Source: Ginglymostoma cirratum
Taxonomy: Eukaryota
Assembly (NCBI GenBank): GCA_024137785.1
Contig: JAHRHZ010000002.1
Location: 20,782,881-20,829,897, forward strand
DNA length: 47,017 nt
Reading direction: 5' to 3'
The notes under the pieces were generated by a model. The model had not been told where the DNA came from. It saw nothing but the letters and a program-made list of their open reading frames with translations, and made no database searches. Shown here in pieces: positions 11,591 to 23,929 of the stretch (position 1 is the stretch's first letter; every line of letters begins with the position of its first letter). Both the position numbers and the translations under genes were made by a program.

Positions 11591-12429
11591 CTGGATCAAG
11601 TATCTTCCAATTGGGCCATTGGTTAGCATGTCGTGGAATGATGATGCCACCCTGTTAAAGTCACATGACCCGAATGGATGCCATCTTGCTCCCAGAGATT
11701 TTCTCATAGAATTGGGAGACAATGGTTCTCTCTTGTATTTGCCATTAATAATTACTGGGGTGGTTGGGTTGGGGGAGAAATGGGCAGACTGCTTTGGGAG
11801 AAAAGAAGCAGAGATGGATTATACCTTCACAACTCTGCTCACATACACAAACATTTACTTTCCTCCCAACAGCGTGAAACTTGACAATCACACTACCACA
11901 AATTAGATTTTAATCCATTTTTCCTATGACTTTAGCAGGCCCTTATTTAGTAAATATTTAGCCTGTAACCAACATAATCTCTCTCACTCGCTCTCTCTGT
12001 GCCAGGAGTATAGATCTTCGGAACATGTTGAGACCTTCAAACCTGTTTGATAGGACTATCTGTGATCTGGAGACTGTCCTAGCTCTACTTCCTCTGTCTA
12101 TCCTGTAACCCTTCACTCTCTTGTCTATCAAACCTATCTAACTTGGTCGTTGAATAAATTAAAATACCCAGCCCTACTGCCCCGTGGGAGCCCCATACTC
12201 TAATAGCATTCAGACCGAAATAATCCTCTCATCCCTGTCTTGGAAAGGGATGCCTCTTATCCTTAAACTTTGTTCCTTGTTGTCTCTTCTGCTCACTGTC
12301 AGCAAGTGCTGTCACACTACTGCAGCAAGAACCATCAATTATCTATACTGCCAATGTTTGATAATGCAAAAATCTGGATGTTTACAAGTAAGTCTTTCTC
12401 TGCTCGAAAGGCTCCACTATTGCTCTCCA

Positions 12430-12915
12430 TAAGACCATAAGACATAGGAACAGAAATTAAGCCATTCAGCCCATTGAGTCTGCTCCACCATTCAATCATG
12501 GCTGTTAAGTTTCTCAACCCCATTCTCCCGCTTTCTCCTCATAACAGTGATCCTCTTGACAATCAAGAACCTGTCTATCCCGTCTTAAATATACTCAATG
12601 ACTTGGCCTCCACAGCCTTCAGTGGCAGTGAATTACATGGATTCACTACTCTCTGGCTGAAGAAGTTTCTCCTCCTCTCCAATAAAAGGGCTTCCCTTTA
12701 CTCTACGGCTGTGCCCTTGGCTCCTAGTCCCTCCTGCCAATGGAACATCTTCACAACATCCATTCTGTCCAGGCCATTCAGTATATTGTAAGTTTCAATT
12801 AGATACCCCCTTTTCCTTCTCAATTCTATCAAGTATAGACCCAGAGTCCTCAGATGTTCCTCATATATTAAGCATTTCATTCCTGGGACCATTCTGTGGA
12901 ATGTTCCCATAGAAT
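12430..12915 (-). mobile_element. CR1-type LINE 3' fragment
   Basis: Minus-strand YEEHLRTLGLYLIELRRKRGYLIETYNILNGLDR, with a (cataaga)n tail at 12428-12445. Confidence 0.85.
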
Positions 12916-13746
12916 TGTGAGTCAGTTGGAACCCTCTGTATCTCTGGTTGAAATTGTGGTTCTGATCGGTGAATAATGAAGTATTTTGTCAGTACATGTC
13001 ACAGTTGGTGTTTCTGGGGTGGGAAGCATCACCACAGCAACAAAAGCATTAATGTGAAGAGGGCATTGTACCTATTTCAACTCTTGACTGAATTTTGAAC
13101 CTTCCTCACGTTTTTCTTAGCTGTTAACATGCTCTGACGTCCTGTACATCATAGGGTCCTGCGTTATGAAAGAAAGTTTATCTATTTTTAATGTGGCAAT
13201 GTATGACTTTTTAGAAATTGTTCTGATCTAGGTCATCAGTGATTCTGATAACTTAATGACTGTGAAAGTATTTGATGGACATGGTTCCTAATCCTGAAGC
13301 AGGATTTCTGACCGTTTTGCTCGATTTGGAGAATGGCGCAGGTCATAGCGGAATCTTCCCTTGGGATTAAAATTCCGATCTGCAACATCTCACTAAGTTT
13401 GCGGCTCGATACAAGGCCCACAGCTAGTCAACGCCTGCCATCAAGCACAGGCTAGTACCTTTTTGTTAGTGCCCTGTTTCCTGTTGTAAATTGGACTTGA
13501 AGGTGGGAATGGTGGAGTTGATCTGTTTGTGGAGAAGTCACCACCTCTTCGAACAATTCAATATGTGAACAAAGTAGATCGACCTTGCTATTTGCAGAAG
13601 GTTTCACACCGACTCAGATCGTCTAGCTGGACTCATTCCACCGTGTTCCTGGAGTATTAAGACAGATGTGTCTCCTTTGAGTTCAGCATGTGTCTGTTTG
13701 TTTTAATTTTGTCTTACAAAGTGAATTATGAACTAGTAATGTTTGG

Positions 13747-13817
13747 ATTAAAAGGCACTAAATGTGCTTTGCTATGTGGTATTTGTATTGCAATGATTGT
13801 ACAAATTAATTATTAAA
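13747..13817 (+). terminator. Candidate polyadenylation signals of gene 1 (ATTAAA twice; alternative AATAAA at 12153-12158)
   Basis: AT-rich, UTR-like unique sequence ends here and repeats resume at about 13895. Confidence 0.35.
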
Positions 13818-14299
13818 AATCCAATAATTGCATGTAAGCTCTGGCTTCCTAATTTGTGCTCGAGAAGTGGGTGTCATGAGCAATGCCAGAACTTGTTCTC
13901 ATGAGAAGGTAGTGATGAGCTGTAGCTTTAAGTCACTGTGCTCTTTGGGGTTGAGGGGCACCCACTGTGCTGTTGGGCCGTGAGTTCCAGGATTTTGACT
14001 GGCAACGGTGAGAAGCAGCATTATACTCCCGTGTTTGGAGGTGAGTGACTTGGAGGGGATCTTGCAGGTGGTGGTGTTTCTATGTACCTGTTGCCCACAC
14101 CCTTCTAGGAGGTCGAGGTAGGCGCTGTTGAAAGAGGCTTCCCAAGTGACTGCAGTTATATATGGTATACAATGCTGCTTCTCCAGGTTCGAACAGCTGG
14201 GTACTTGAGCAAGTGCAGTCACTACGATTGAAATATTCCATGGATCGTGTCTTCCAGAATATGATGACCCTGCAGCTACAGAGGATTTGGGGATGGGAA

Positions 14300-15245
14300 C
14301 TGAATGGCTACAAGAAGTCAGTTGCAAGAATTTTCCAGGAAGGAATGTGGCTCTTTCAAACAAGCTGAGTACCAGGGAGGGTTGCAACATTTAGGGGAGA
14401 GCAATCTCAAGTACATCTGCGATACACAGGGTCAAATTACTGTGCCATGGAGCCCAGCAAAGTGGCAAAAGTGCATTCTCAGGTCAAGAGTCCCACAAGG
14501 TATCTGCCTCCCTGATCCAGGGTAAACAGCATCACTGAAAGGGTGCAGGATGTTCTGCCAGAAGAAAGGGGAACAACCAGAAATTGTCTTCCTCTTTAGC
14601 ATATGCATGGAAATGTTTGAGATCTGGCAGGTAGGGTTACCGGAGTTTCAACGAAGCAGCATCCCAAAGTACTACTCAGTCTCTGTGCCCCACAGTCACA
14701 CTGACTACCGGAAGGTTGATTTGTAGTTGATGAAATGGTGCAAGAGGTAAGATTTTGAATCCTGAGATATGGGCAACATTTCAGGGGCAGGAAAGACTTG
14801 CTCAAGGTGAAGGAGAACTGAAAGCCATGTTCTTGCTTGAATGTTAGTTTATGCTGCAAGGGAAGGGGGGTAAAATGGGCAATAAGAGAAGAAACAAGGT
14901 GTACACAGTTTAAAAAAAATCAGACGGGGGGAAATGCAAAGCAAATTAACATATGTTTGGAGTGTGTGTGTGTAAGAGAGAGAGATGCATTGATGCAAGA
15001 AAACTGCAGGTATAAGTCATTGCACAGGATTGCAGCATTAATAATGGAGACCTTGAAGTAGAGCAGGGATGGGAGCCTCAACTTCCGAGTACATAATATT
15101 GAAGGGAAGGAGGAGTTTCTGGTACTATTATTTAAAGATTTTGTAATGGAGAGGGAGATGATGTGGGATTGAAGGTAAATACTGGGTGTAATCCATAGGC
15201 AGCAGAATAGTGTGAAGGGGGTTGAGGAGTAAGTCTACAGAATTT
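14300..15245 (+). mobile_element. Old CR1 5' fragment (ORF1 esterase region)
   Basis: tgcctccctgatccaggg...ITERVQDVL...QPEIV is a decayed CLPGA esterase-like segment of CR1 ORF1. Confidence 0.55.
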
Positions 15246-15249
15246 TACT

Positions 15250-15965
15250 TAATTCACTCATGGGATGTGGGCCTTGATGGGCTGGTCCAGCATTGATTGC
15301 CCATTCCTAGTTAACCTTGGTAATGAGCTGTTCTGAATCACTGCAATCCATAATTGTGGATCTATCCACAATGCCATTAGGGAGAAAATTCCTGGATTTT
15401 GATCCAGCGAAATTGTAGGAACAGCAATATATTTCAAAGTCAGCATAGTAAGAGACTTGGAATCGAATGGAATTTGCGGGTGGCGGTGGTCCCACTTGTA
15501 AATGGTACGCTGCTGCTACTGAGTGTCGGTGGTAGAGGCAGTCGATGTCTGTGGTACAAACACACAATGCTAGAGAAACTCAGTATGTTTGGCAGCTTCT
15601 GTGGAGAGAGAAACAGGTCCAGTATGACTGTTCCTCAGAGCTCCTTTTCAGAATGTTTGTGAATGCAGTTCCAATCAATTGGACTGCTTTGTCCTGGATG
15701 GTGTCAGCTTCTTGAGTGTTGTCGGGGCTGCACTTATTCAGGCAAGTGTGGAGTATTCCACACACTCCTGACTTGTGTGTTATAGAAGGTAGACGGGCTT
15801 TGAGGAGTCAGAACCTGAGTTACTTGCAAGATTCCTCACCTCTGACGTGCTCTTATAGCCACTGAATTTGTGGCTCATACAGCTCAATGTCTGGTCAATG
15901 CTACCCCCATGGTATTAAGCATAAAGAGTTTGATGGTTAGATTCTCTCCTTTTGGAGATGGTCAT
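15250..15965 (-). mobile_element. LINE fragment (CR1/L2 group) with a nested Penelope-type repeat at ~15560-15650
   Basis: Minus-strand DTIQDKAVQLIGT matches 32945-33265 and 37600-37870. Confidence 0.7.
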
Positions 15966-16270
15966 TGAAGGTTTGACAGTGCAGGCAAAGTGTTACACTG
16001 AAGTTGAAGCACTTTTCTTGTAAACTCTGCTTTACCTGTTTGTTTTAGTTATTAAATTGTTAATGAGTGCATACACACAACCACTACATCTGTTTGGGAT
16101 AAGCTTTTGGCTTTTGAAAATGGGAGAATTTTATTAATGTTTCACAGTATGTCAGTACTCCTTTAAGAGATGCTCATGATTTTGTCACTCTACCATAACA
16201 TGGGGGTACAAGGATATCCTATTTCATTTAACCATGGAATAACCAGGATTTAATGGATGAGTTTAAGTTT

Positions 16271-16607
16271 ATCATAGAATCCCTACAGTGTGGAAGCAGG
16301 CCATTCAGCCCATTGAGTCCACACCAACTCTCCAAAGAGCATCCCTCCCAGACCCACCCTTTACATTTTCCATGGCTAATCCACCTGACCTACGTATCCT
16401 GAGACATATAGGCAATTTAGCATAGCCAATCCACCTAATCTGCAGAGCTTTAGACTGTGGGAGGAAACCAGAGCAACTGGAGGAAATGCACACAGACACG
16501 GGGAGACTGTGCACACTCCACACAGACAGTTGCCTGAGGGTGGAATCAAACCTGGGTCCTTGACACTGTGAGGCATCAGTGTTAATCACTGAGCCACTGT
16601 GCCACCC
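16271..16607 (-). mobile_element. HE1/V-SINE-like SINE
   Basis: Full reverse-complement copy with head and catagaatccctacagtgtggaa tail. Confidence 0.85.
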
Positions 16608-17088
16608 ATTTTGCTCATTGCCGTTCCGTTGCCACCTCTGCACAATCTGTGTCTAGTTTCTTATGAGAGATAACAAATGTTGCCACATCAGGTAAAATAC
16701 TCTGCTGGAGACAATAATCACATCAGTGACATCCTCACAAAATGCCAAGAAGTTTGCCAAATATGATTTTTCTTTTCATAAATCCACATTGCACAATTTT
16801 GGTATTCATTTATAAATGTCAATACACATTACAATTAGGTTCTAACATTTTCCTACTCTCGACGTCAAACTAACGAGTCTCTAGTTCTTCATTCACTCTC
16901 TTCTTAAATTGTGCAGTTAAATTTGCTTCCTTCCAGTTACCAAGAACCTTTCCAGAATCTATAGAATTCTGAAAGATAACTACCAACATACCCCAATATC
17001 TCTCTCTTCCCTCTTCCTTCAACATCCTAAAAAAAAGGTCATCTTGTTGAGAAGATTTATCAGCCTTCAATCCAGCTAACATTTAAAG

Positions 17089-17437
17089 TCATAGATTCCC
17101 TACAGTATGGAAAAAGGCCATTTGACTCATTGAATCTGCACCAATCCTTTTTAGAGTATCCGAACCAGCCCCTGCCCCCATCTGCATAACCCTACATTTC
17201 CCAGGGCTAATCCACCTAGACTGCACATCATTGAACACTATGGATAATTTAGCAAGGTCAATCCACCTAACCTGCATATCTCTGGAGCATGGGAGGAAAC
17301 CAGAGTACCTGGCAGAAACCCATGCAGAGAATGTGCATGCTCCGTGCAGTCAGTCACCAAAGGCTGGAATTGAACCCCAGTGTGGGTCCCTGGCAGTGTG
17401 AGGCAGCAGTACTAGCCACTGAGCCAACACGCTGCCC
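17089..17437 (-). mobile_element. HE1/V-SINE-like SINE
   Basis: Reverse-complement copy nested in the old CR1. Confidence 0.85.
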
Positions 17438-19546
17438 TCTTTAATATTAAATTTCTTTTTGCTTCTCAGTTACACACGTTCTTGGTCACTTAATATTTCA
17501 AGGAGATTTTCCATATTTTTGTGTGAAGTAAGATGCAAGATAATTATTTTCAGCATAATAGTTATATCAGTCTCAATGTTAAATCTGTTTTTCTCTCTTT
17601 CCATAGATGTTCCTGGACTTGTTCAGCTTCTCCAGCCTTTTATACTTTTACTTCAGATTTCCAGCATTCGCATATTTTGCTTTAAAGCGTTTGGCTTCTC
17701 TGCCAGTTTCTTGTTCTCCGCTGCACAGATATCCTATCTCACAACTCTTCGGGGCCCACATTTGTCCTTGCTAATCTTTTATCACTATTTCTGACCACGT
17801 TTGGAAAGCCTGTTGTGGTGCAGTATCCTTTCTCTGACCCAGGAGACTGGGGTTCAAGTTTCACTTGCCTCAGAGGTGTGTTAAACAGGTTAATTTGGAA
17901 AATATCTGTAAGCAACTGTTATCTCTTGTGGTTGATTCACCTATCCCTTTGGGTGTTTGTGCCTTAGAAAATGTATACCTGTTGTAGGTCTTGCAACTTT
18001 TTTTAAAAATTACTAGCCATTGCTGACTAGAATCAAGTCTTTGTGTCTTTTCCCCAATCTGCTACACCCAACTTGTCCCCTGTGACCTCATATTTTATAT
18101 TGCTCAGTTTTACAACCCTAGTTTCAAATGAGCTAGCTCACATTCAAACCTCTTGTAAAATTTTATGGTTACTCTTAACCTTGTTGTAAATGAAAGGTGA
18201 AGGTATCAATTAACCCTTTCTCATTATACAACATTAAATCGAAAATATCCCAATTTCTAGTTGGCTCCTCAAAACACTGTTTCAGAAACATGCACATTCT
18301 CTGCATGGGTTTCTGCCAGGTACTCTGGTTTCCTCCCATGCTCCAGAGATATGCAGGTTAGGTGGATTGACCTTGCAAAAGTTAACCCAGTTTGTACTCA
18401 AATTGAGGTCACCCATTGTTATCCATATTACATATCTCTAATTTCCTGATTTATAACGTGCCCAATATTAGTAGTACCGTTTGATGTTCTATAAATAACT
18501 CCCACCAATATTTCCTTCCTCTTGCTGTTTCTTAGCTCCACCCAAACTGATTCTACATCTTGACCTTTGATCTCAGATTGTCTCTTTCTTAAGTACTGAA
18601 GTCATTCTTTCATAGGAGGCTCTACCCCCTTTTACCATTTTGTCTGTTCCTCCTAAATGTAGAATATCTTTGAGACTGGAAACTGAATATCAAATCACCT
18701 TATAGCCATGCTTCAGTACCTCAACTTGTACATTCAAATCATCATCCTATTTGCAAAAGACATCAGCATTCAGATTCAAAACCATTATCCAGCCTTTTTA
18801 ATATTATCCTTCATTTTGACCCCACTTGATGTCTGCCGTTGCTTCATCTTCAGTTTCTTGCTAACTGCTATTCTACTTCCTTTTACCAGTTTTACTTCCA
18901 TCCAATCTGAGCTCCCTTTTGGGTTTCCTTTCCCTTGTCAATTTAGATTAAACCCTCCCCAACAGCACTCTCTGTGAAGATGATAGTGCTGCCAAGATGT
19001 AATTTGTCCATCTTGTATAAGCTTCAATTGCCTCAGAATAGGCCACAGTGCCTCAGAAATCTGATACTCTCCCTCCTACATCCTCCTTTGGTGCAATGGA
19101 AGGAACAGTATTTGTGAGAAACTTGTAAACTGTTCTAATAAACACTTATTGCAGTTAAGATTTGGTCAACCATGAGTACAATGACTCAATGTTACTCTTC
19201 TATGCTAACATGTGTGTGTGGAACTTTGGGATGGAGGGAGATGGGTTAATGCCTTGGTGGTACAACTTCTTAAAGCCCCTCCTAGTTCTTTCAAATCTGC
19301 TTACATGAGTTCATCCCCTGTCCTTACTAAGAAATTGAGCATATCCTGTGGCTGTTCACTCTCTCCTTGAGGAATGTCCTTCAACTATTCAGTAACCTCC
19401 TTGACCCTGGCACCACAGAGGCAACATTCCATTGTGGAGTCACACTTACTATTTGTTCCCCTAAGTAAAGAATTCCCTATCAGTTCTGCTTTTCCACACT
19501 TCTTTCCCCACAGTGGAGAGGGTGCAGCTGAACCACCAGTAGTGTT

Positions 19547-19680
19547 ACTGAGATAATAGCTACTGCAGATGCTGGAGAATCTGAGATAACAAGGTGTGGA
19601 GCTGGATGAACACAGCAGGCCAAGCAGCATCATTGGAGCAGGAAAGCTTGACATTTCGGGCCTAGACCCTTCTGAAGGAA
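19547..19680 (-). mobile_element. Penelope-like terminal repeat
   Basis: Same family as 22490-22614. The hammerhead core is damaged (gaaatgtc, CTGA lost). Confidence 0.75.
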
Positions 19681-20559
19681 TTATCGCCCACACTATCCAC
19701 AGCGAAAAACTGATTTGTGAGCGACATAGTAGCTGGAGTCTCTTGCGTTACTTGACCAGTTCTCTTGAAATGCCCAGCAGCCACTCATTCCCAAGCTGCC
19801 TGCATGCCAGTATTTTGTTATGTAACCACTTCCCTAAATATGTTATCTATATCATCCTCCACCTTGTAGATGCACAACAATGACTTCAGCCACCACTCGA
19901 TGTCTGAAACCCAAGTGTGGAGCCCGTGAAACTTCCTGCATCCTGCAGATATGTTCATCTAAGACACGTGGTGGGTCCATGGCTAATCCCATACCACAGT
20001 CTATACATTCCACTTGACTGAGCTGCCTTGCCAAATCTTCACTGCAATAAGTGTTTATTACAGGAGAACAGTTTACAAGTTTCTCATAAACACTGCTCCT
20101 TCCATTGCACCAAAGGAAGAGCTAAATACTGGATGGCGAAGAAAATAGGTTTTAAAAAGAGAGAAAAGAATCCCACTGTCTCACACCCATTCCCATCAAA
20201 CACACACTACTTAAAATTTCCACTCCATTTGCAAAATGCATGATGACCCCTGTGTTTACAGATATTTCTAATCAATCTATTGAGGCATCTTATGGCACAC
20301 ATCCAGGGCAGGTGGGACTTGAACCTGGGTCTCCTATCTCAGAGGTAGGGGTACCACCACTGTATCATACTCTTTTGAGCTAGACTGTAGTGACCAGATT
20401 CTCTACTTTTTCTAATCAGCTATTCTGCCATACAACTTGTTTACCATGCTTTGGGCTAAGATTATCTTACTTTAGTTCTTAGCCTGTAAAATGCAAGATA
20501 CAGGCTACATATTTAAAAAGCTACTGATACTTAATGTGCCAGTGAGCAAACTTACTTTT

Positions 20560-20965
20560 CTCAAGATCTCTACTTCACTTTGGAGTTGGAATAGTTGAAT
20601 CTAGAGGAAACAAAAGGATGAATGAGGGTTTCAGCAATAGATGAGCTAGGACAAGTCTGAGTCTGGGCACTGTTACTGAGGTGGAAATTGATGGTCTTAG
20701 AGATGGCTCAAACATGTGCCCAGAAACCTGGGGAGGTGAAAATGTGGCACTGAGGTTGTCAACAGACTTGGCGAGGTGGGAGATGGAATTGGTAGCTAGG
20801 GAACACAATCTGTGAGAGTTGAAAACAATGGTTTAAGTCTTTACCAAAGTTAAATGAGAGAAAATTTCTGCTCATCTAATACTGGAGAGCTGGATGAGCA
20901 GATAAGTCAGCATCAGTGGCTTGCTTGAAAGAGGAGTTGGTGAGATTGGCCATACATGTGAAAAC
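20560..20965 (-). mobile_element. L2-like LINE fragment
   Basis: Antisense match to the L2 segment near 45780-45850 (aaacaatgg..t.agtctt..c.aa.tt.aa...gagaaaat). Confidence 0.55.
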
Positions 20966-21771
20966 CAACAATGTTAGAATTAGGTTTATTGTCAGGTATA
21001 GTACTCAAGTTACAAAAGAACAGGAGTACAGTGAAAAGTGTACAATGTCACCCACACGGCGTCATCTTAGGTACAAATCTTAGGTATAAAAATAGATAAA
21101 ATAAAGAAAATAAGTTAGATTACATTACTGATATACATAGTATAAGTCAGGAAAATAAGAAATAAAGCTAAAAAGATGGACATTACACTATTTCTGTAAG
21201 GGCTTCCAATGTGGTCTGACCAGGCTCTATTGGTTTCCAAACAGTAGCCAACTTCACTCCGGACCACTGGCCACCGTCCCTGCTCTGCTCCGGCTCACTG
21301 GCCTCTGCTCCCACTCCGCTCCACTGGTAGAAGAGGAAAAAAGACAGGAGAGAAGAAAAACACAAGGGGGAAGATTAAAAAAGCAATGGACAGAGCAGCC
21401 GAGCTCTGGCTAGTGTGTCCTACTCTGTTGCCATCTTGGACAATGTGTCGGATGAGGGAGCTGAGTGGCAATATGGGGATGAGAAACATTCAGACACAAG
21501 ACTCGATCCACCAGGGACTCTAGAGCTAATCTCGGGGAGTGGGAAGAGCAGCCACTGAAAGTGATATTCTGGTTACGATTAGAAAAGAAGAGACTGGAAG
21601 AAGTCTGTGGTTAGTCCTGTGTGGGCATAGGACAGAGGAGGATGCTGTGGTCAACTATCTCAAAGGCTTTGTGGGGGTGGGGGGAACATCTGTCACAGTA
21701 ACATGGCATGGAAGTCCGACTCTGAGTGAGATCTCCCTGTACTGTTGTAAACAGAAGAATGGGGTCCGTTC

Positions 21772-22110
21772 GGGTGGCACAGTGGTTAGCACTGTTGCCT
21801 CACAGCACCAGGGGCCTGGGTTTGATTCCATCTTTCCAACTGTCTGTGTGGAGTTTGCATGTTCTCCCCATGTCTGTGTGGGCTTCCACTGGTTGCTCCG
21901 GTTTCCTCCCACAGTCCAAAGATATGCAGACTAGGTGGATTGGCTATGCTAAATTGCCCGTAGTGTTCAGGGATGTGTAGATTAGGTGTGTTAGCCGTGG
22001 GAAATGCAGGGTTACAGGGAAAAAGCAGAGGGATAGGTCTGGGTGGGATGCTGTTTGGGGGGTTGATCTGGACTTGTTGGGCCTGTTTCCACACTGTAGG
22101 GATTCTATGA
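21772..22110 (+). mobile_element. HE1/V-SINE-like SINE, full length
   Basis: Head gggtggcacagtggttagcactgttgcctcacagc, tail gtttccacactgtagggattctatga. Confidence 0.88.
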
Positions 22111-22489
22111 TGACTAGATCACACTTGCAAAGAGGCTCGGTGGAAGATGCTCTGCCTGAAACTTATGGGTCTTCTGGAACAAGGAGTTGACCTCGACTGA
22201 GTGTTGTAGACTGGCACATTCCAATGTCCAGGAGTATGTGCTGAGGGACTCACTAAAGCTTGGGGCAGCTGCCGCCAAGGTGCAGTGGGGGAAGACTACT
22301 GTCTAAGGTCTTCCTGCTGAAGGTAAATGGGTGTCCATTCAGTTATTGGACCCTGCCAGTGCCTCAAATGTATGTAAATATAGTCTGGTTCAAGTAAGCG
22401 ATGACTTGGGTTTGTTTGGATAGAGTCAAATTCTTCTTTGTTTTCTTGATATGCTAAGAACTGAACTGGGTTTGTGACAGGGTTAGTCA

Positions 22490-23090
22490 GAACTGCAGAT
22501 GCTGGAGAATCTGAGATAACAAGGTGTAGAGCTGGATGAACACAGCAGGCCAAGCAGCATCAGAGGAGCAGGAAAGCTGACGTTTCGGGCCTAGACCCTT
22601 CTTCAGAAAAGGTGNNNNNNNNNNNNNNNNNNNNNNNNNNNNNNNNNNNNNNNNNNNNNNNNNNNNNNNNNNNNNNNNNNNNNNNNNNNNNNNNNNNNNN
22701 NNNNNNNNNNNNNNNNNNNNNNNNNNNNNNNNNNNNNNNNNNNNNNNNNNNNNNNNNNNNNNNNNNNNNNNNNNNNNNNNNNNNNNNNNNNNNNNNNNNN
22801 NNNNNNNNNNNNNNNNNNNNNNNNNNNNNNNNNNNNNNNNNNNNNNNNNNNNNNNNNNNNNNNNNNNNNNNNNNNNNNNNNNNNNNNNNNNNNNNNNNNN
22901 NNNNNNNNNNNNNNNNNNNNNNNNNNNNNNNNNNNNNNNNNNNNNNNNNNNNNNNNNNNNNNNNNNNNNNNNNNNNNNNNNNNNNNNNNNNNNNNNNNNN
23001 NNNNNNNNNNNNNNGAAACGTCAGCTTTCCTGCTCCTATGATGCTGCTTGGCCTGCTGTGTTCATCCAGCTCTACACCTTGTTATCTCTG
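22490..23090. mobile_element. Penelope-like element with inverted terminal repeats flanking a 400-N gap (22615-23014)
   Basis: 23015-23090 is nearly the reverse complement of 22511-22586. Confidence 0.75.
22579..22606 (-). ncRNA. Putative minimal type I hammerhead ribozyme core
   Basis: The minus strand reads CUGAAGA-A-GGGU(CUAG)GCCC-GAAAC-GUC: both conserved boxes, a 4-bp stem II and a palindromic ACGU in place of stem III. Stem I is weak. Confidence 0.55.
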
Positions 23091-23399
23091 AATAAGGTAC
23101 ATATTTGAAATTAAAACCCACGCAATGAGCTGAACGGCCCCCTTAAGTTGATTGTGAGGTTGTGCTGGAGTAGGAGAGTAGATTATGTCAGTGGTTGGTT
23201 TGCCTTACAGAATGATGCTAACAGCGATGGTTCAATCCCCACACTACCATGAAGGATTTTCCTGTGAACCTCTTCCGTCACCTGAGGCACGGTGACCCTC
23301 ATGTAAAGCCCTGAGAAGAAAGCAGCTCTGCGATCTGGTAGAACTACGATCACTTTACACCGTAGTGTAACCTTGACTCGAACAGGCGTGTAGAGAATG

Positions 23400-23690
23400 G
23401 GCTACGCGGAGGACAGAAAACGGTCCAAATGCATCAATTTCTCTGACTCAGTGAGTGCGGGAGGGAGGACGCAAATTCACAGACGGGGCGAGGTGAGGGA
23501 TTTGAACCACTGATCTCTGTCGTAAAGTCTGAGTTCAGGTTCCGCTTCCCGACGGATGTTTAAAAGTGAAACTGATGAAGATTTCGCTGGCCCTGCCCTG
23601 GGTCCGTCGATTCTCTGCTCACAAGTAAAGAAACGTTTTGGAAGAAAGAGAGAAAGGAAGGCAATTGATGCAGCAGCCAGTGAGTGAGTG
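23400..23690 (+). promoter_or_regulatory. Candidate promoter and non-coding first exon of gene 2
   Basis: Non-repetitive and locally CpG-rich. Contains AP-1 TGACTCA 23444-23450, GC-box-like GGGGCGAGG 23485-23493, tandem ETS cores TTCCGCTTCC 23540-23549, IRF-E AAAAGTGAAACT 23562-23573, and donor-like gtgagt at 23680 and 23684. Confidence 0.55.
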
Positions 23691-23929
23691 TTGCTGATCA
23701 ATTGTAACATTAACAAGGGGTTACGATGGTTAATTGTTTCTCTTTTCCGGGCTGGCCGTCTCCTCTGTTTAGCTACGAAGGGCGGAGTCAAGTCGGTGGC
23801 TGTGTCCTGTACTGCAAATGGGCATTTGTAAGACAGATTTTGAAAGCAGGTCAGGGTTTCTGGGGGCTCAGGACCATCTTTGACATAGACTCCTTTGTCG
23901 CCCCACCCGACCCAGCCCAGAAACTGTAT

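Larger units (their letters stand above)
16650..20120 (-). mobile_element. Old fragmented CR1 LINE (5'UTR, ORF1, part of ORF2) with nested insertions
   Basis: Minus-strand VECIDCGM (ORF1 N-terminus), GNSLLRGT...CCLCGARVKEV (esterase) and IFQNSIDSGKVLGNWKEANLTAQFKK (RT). Confidence 0.7.

Noticed and set aside
11316-11906. 196-aa ORF overlapping the gene 1 B30.2 exon in another frame
   Set aside because: Shadow frame with no recognisable domain.
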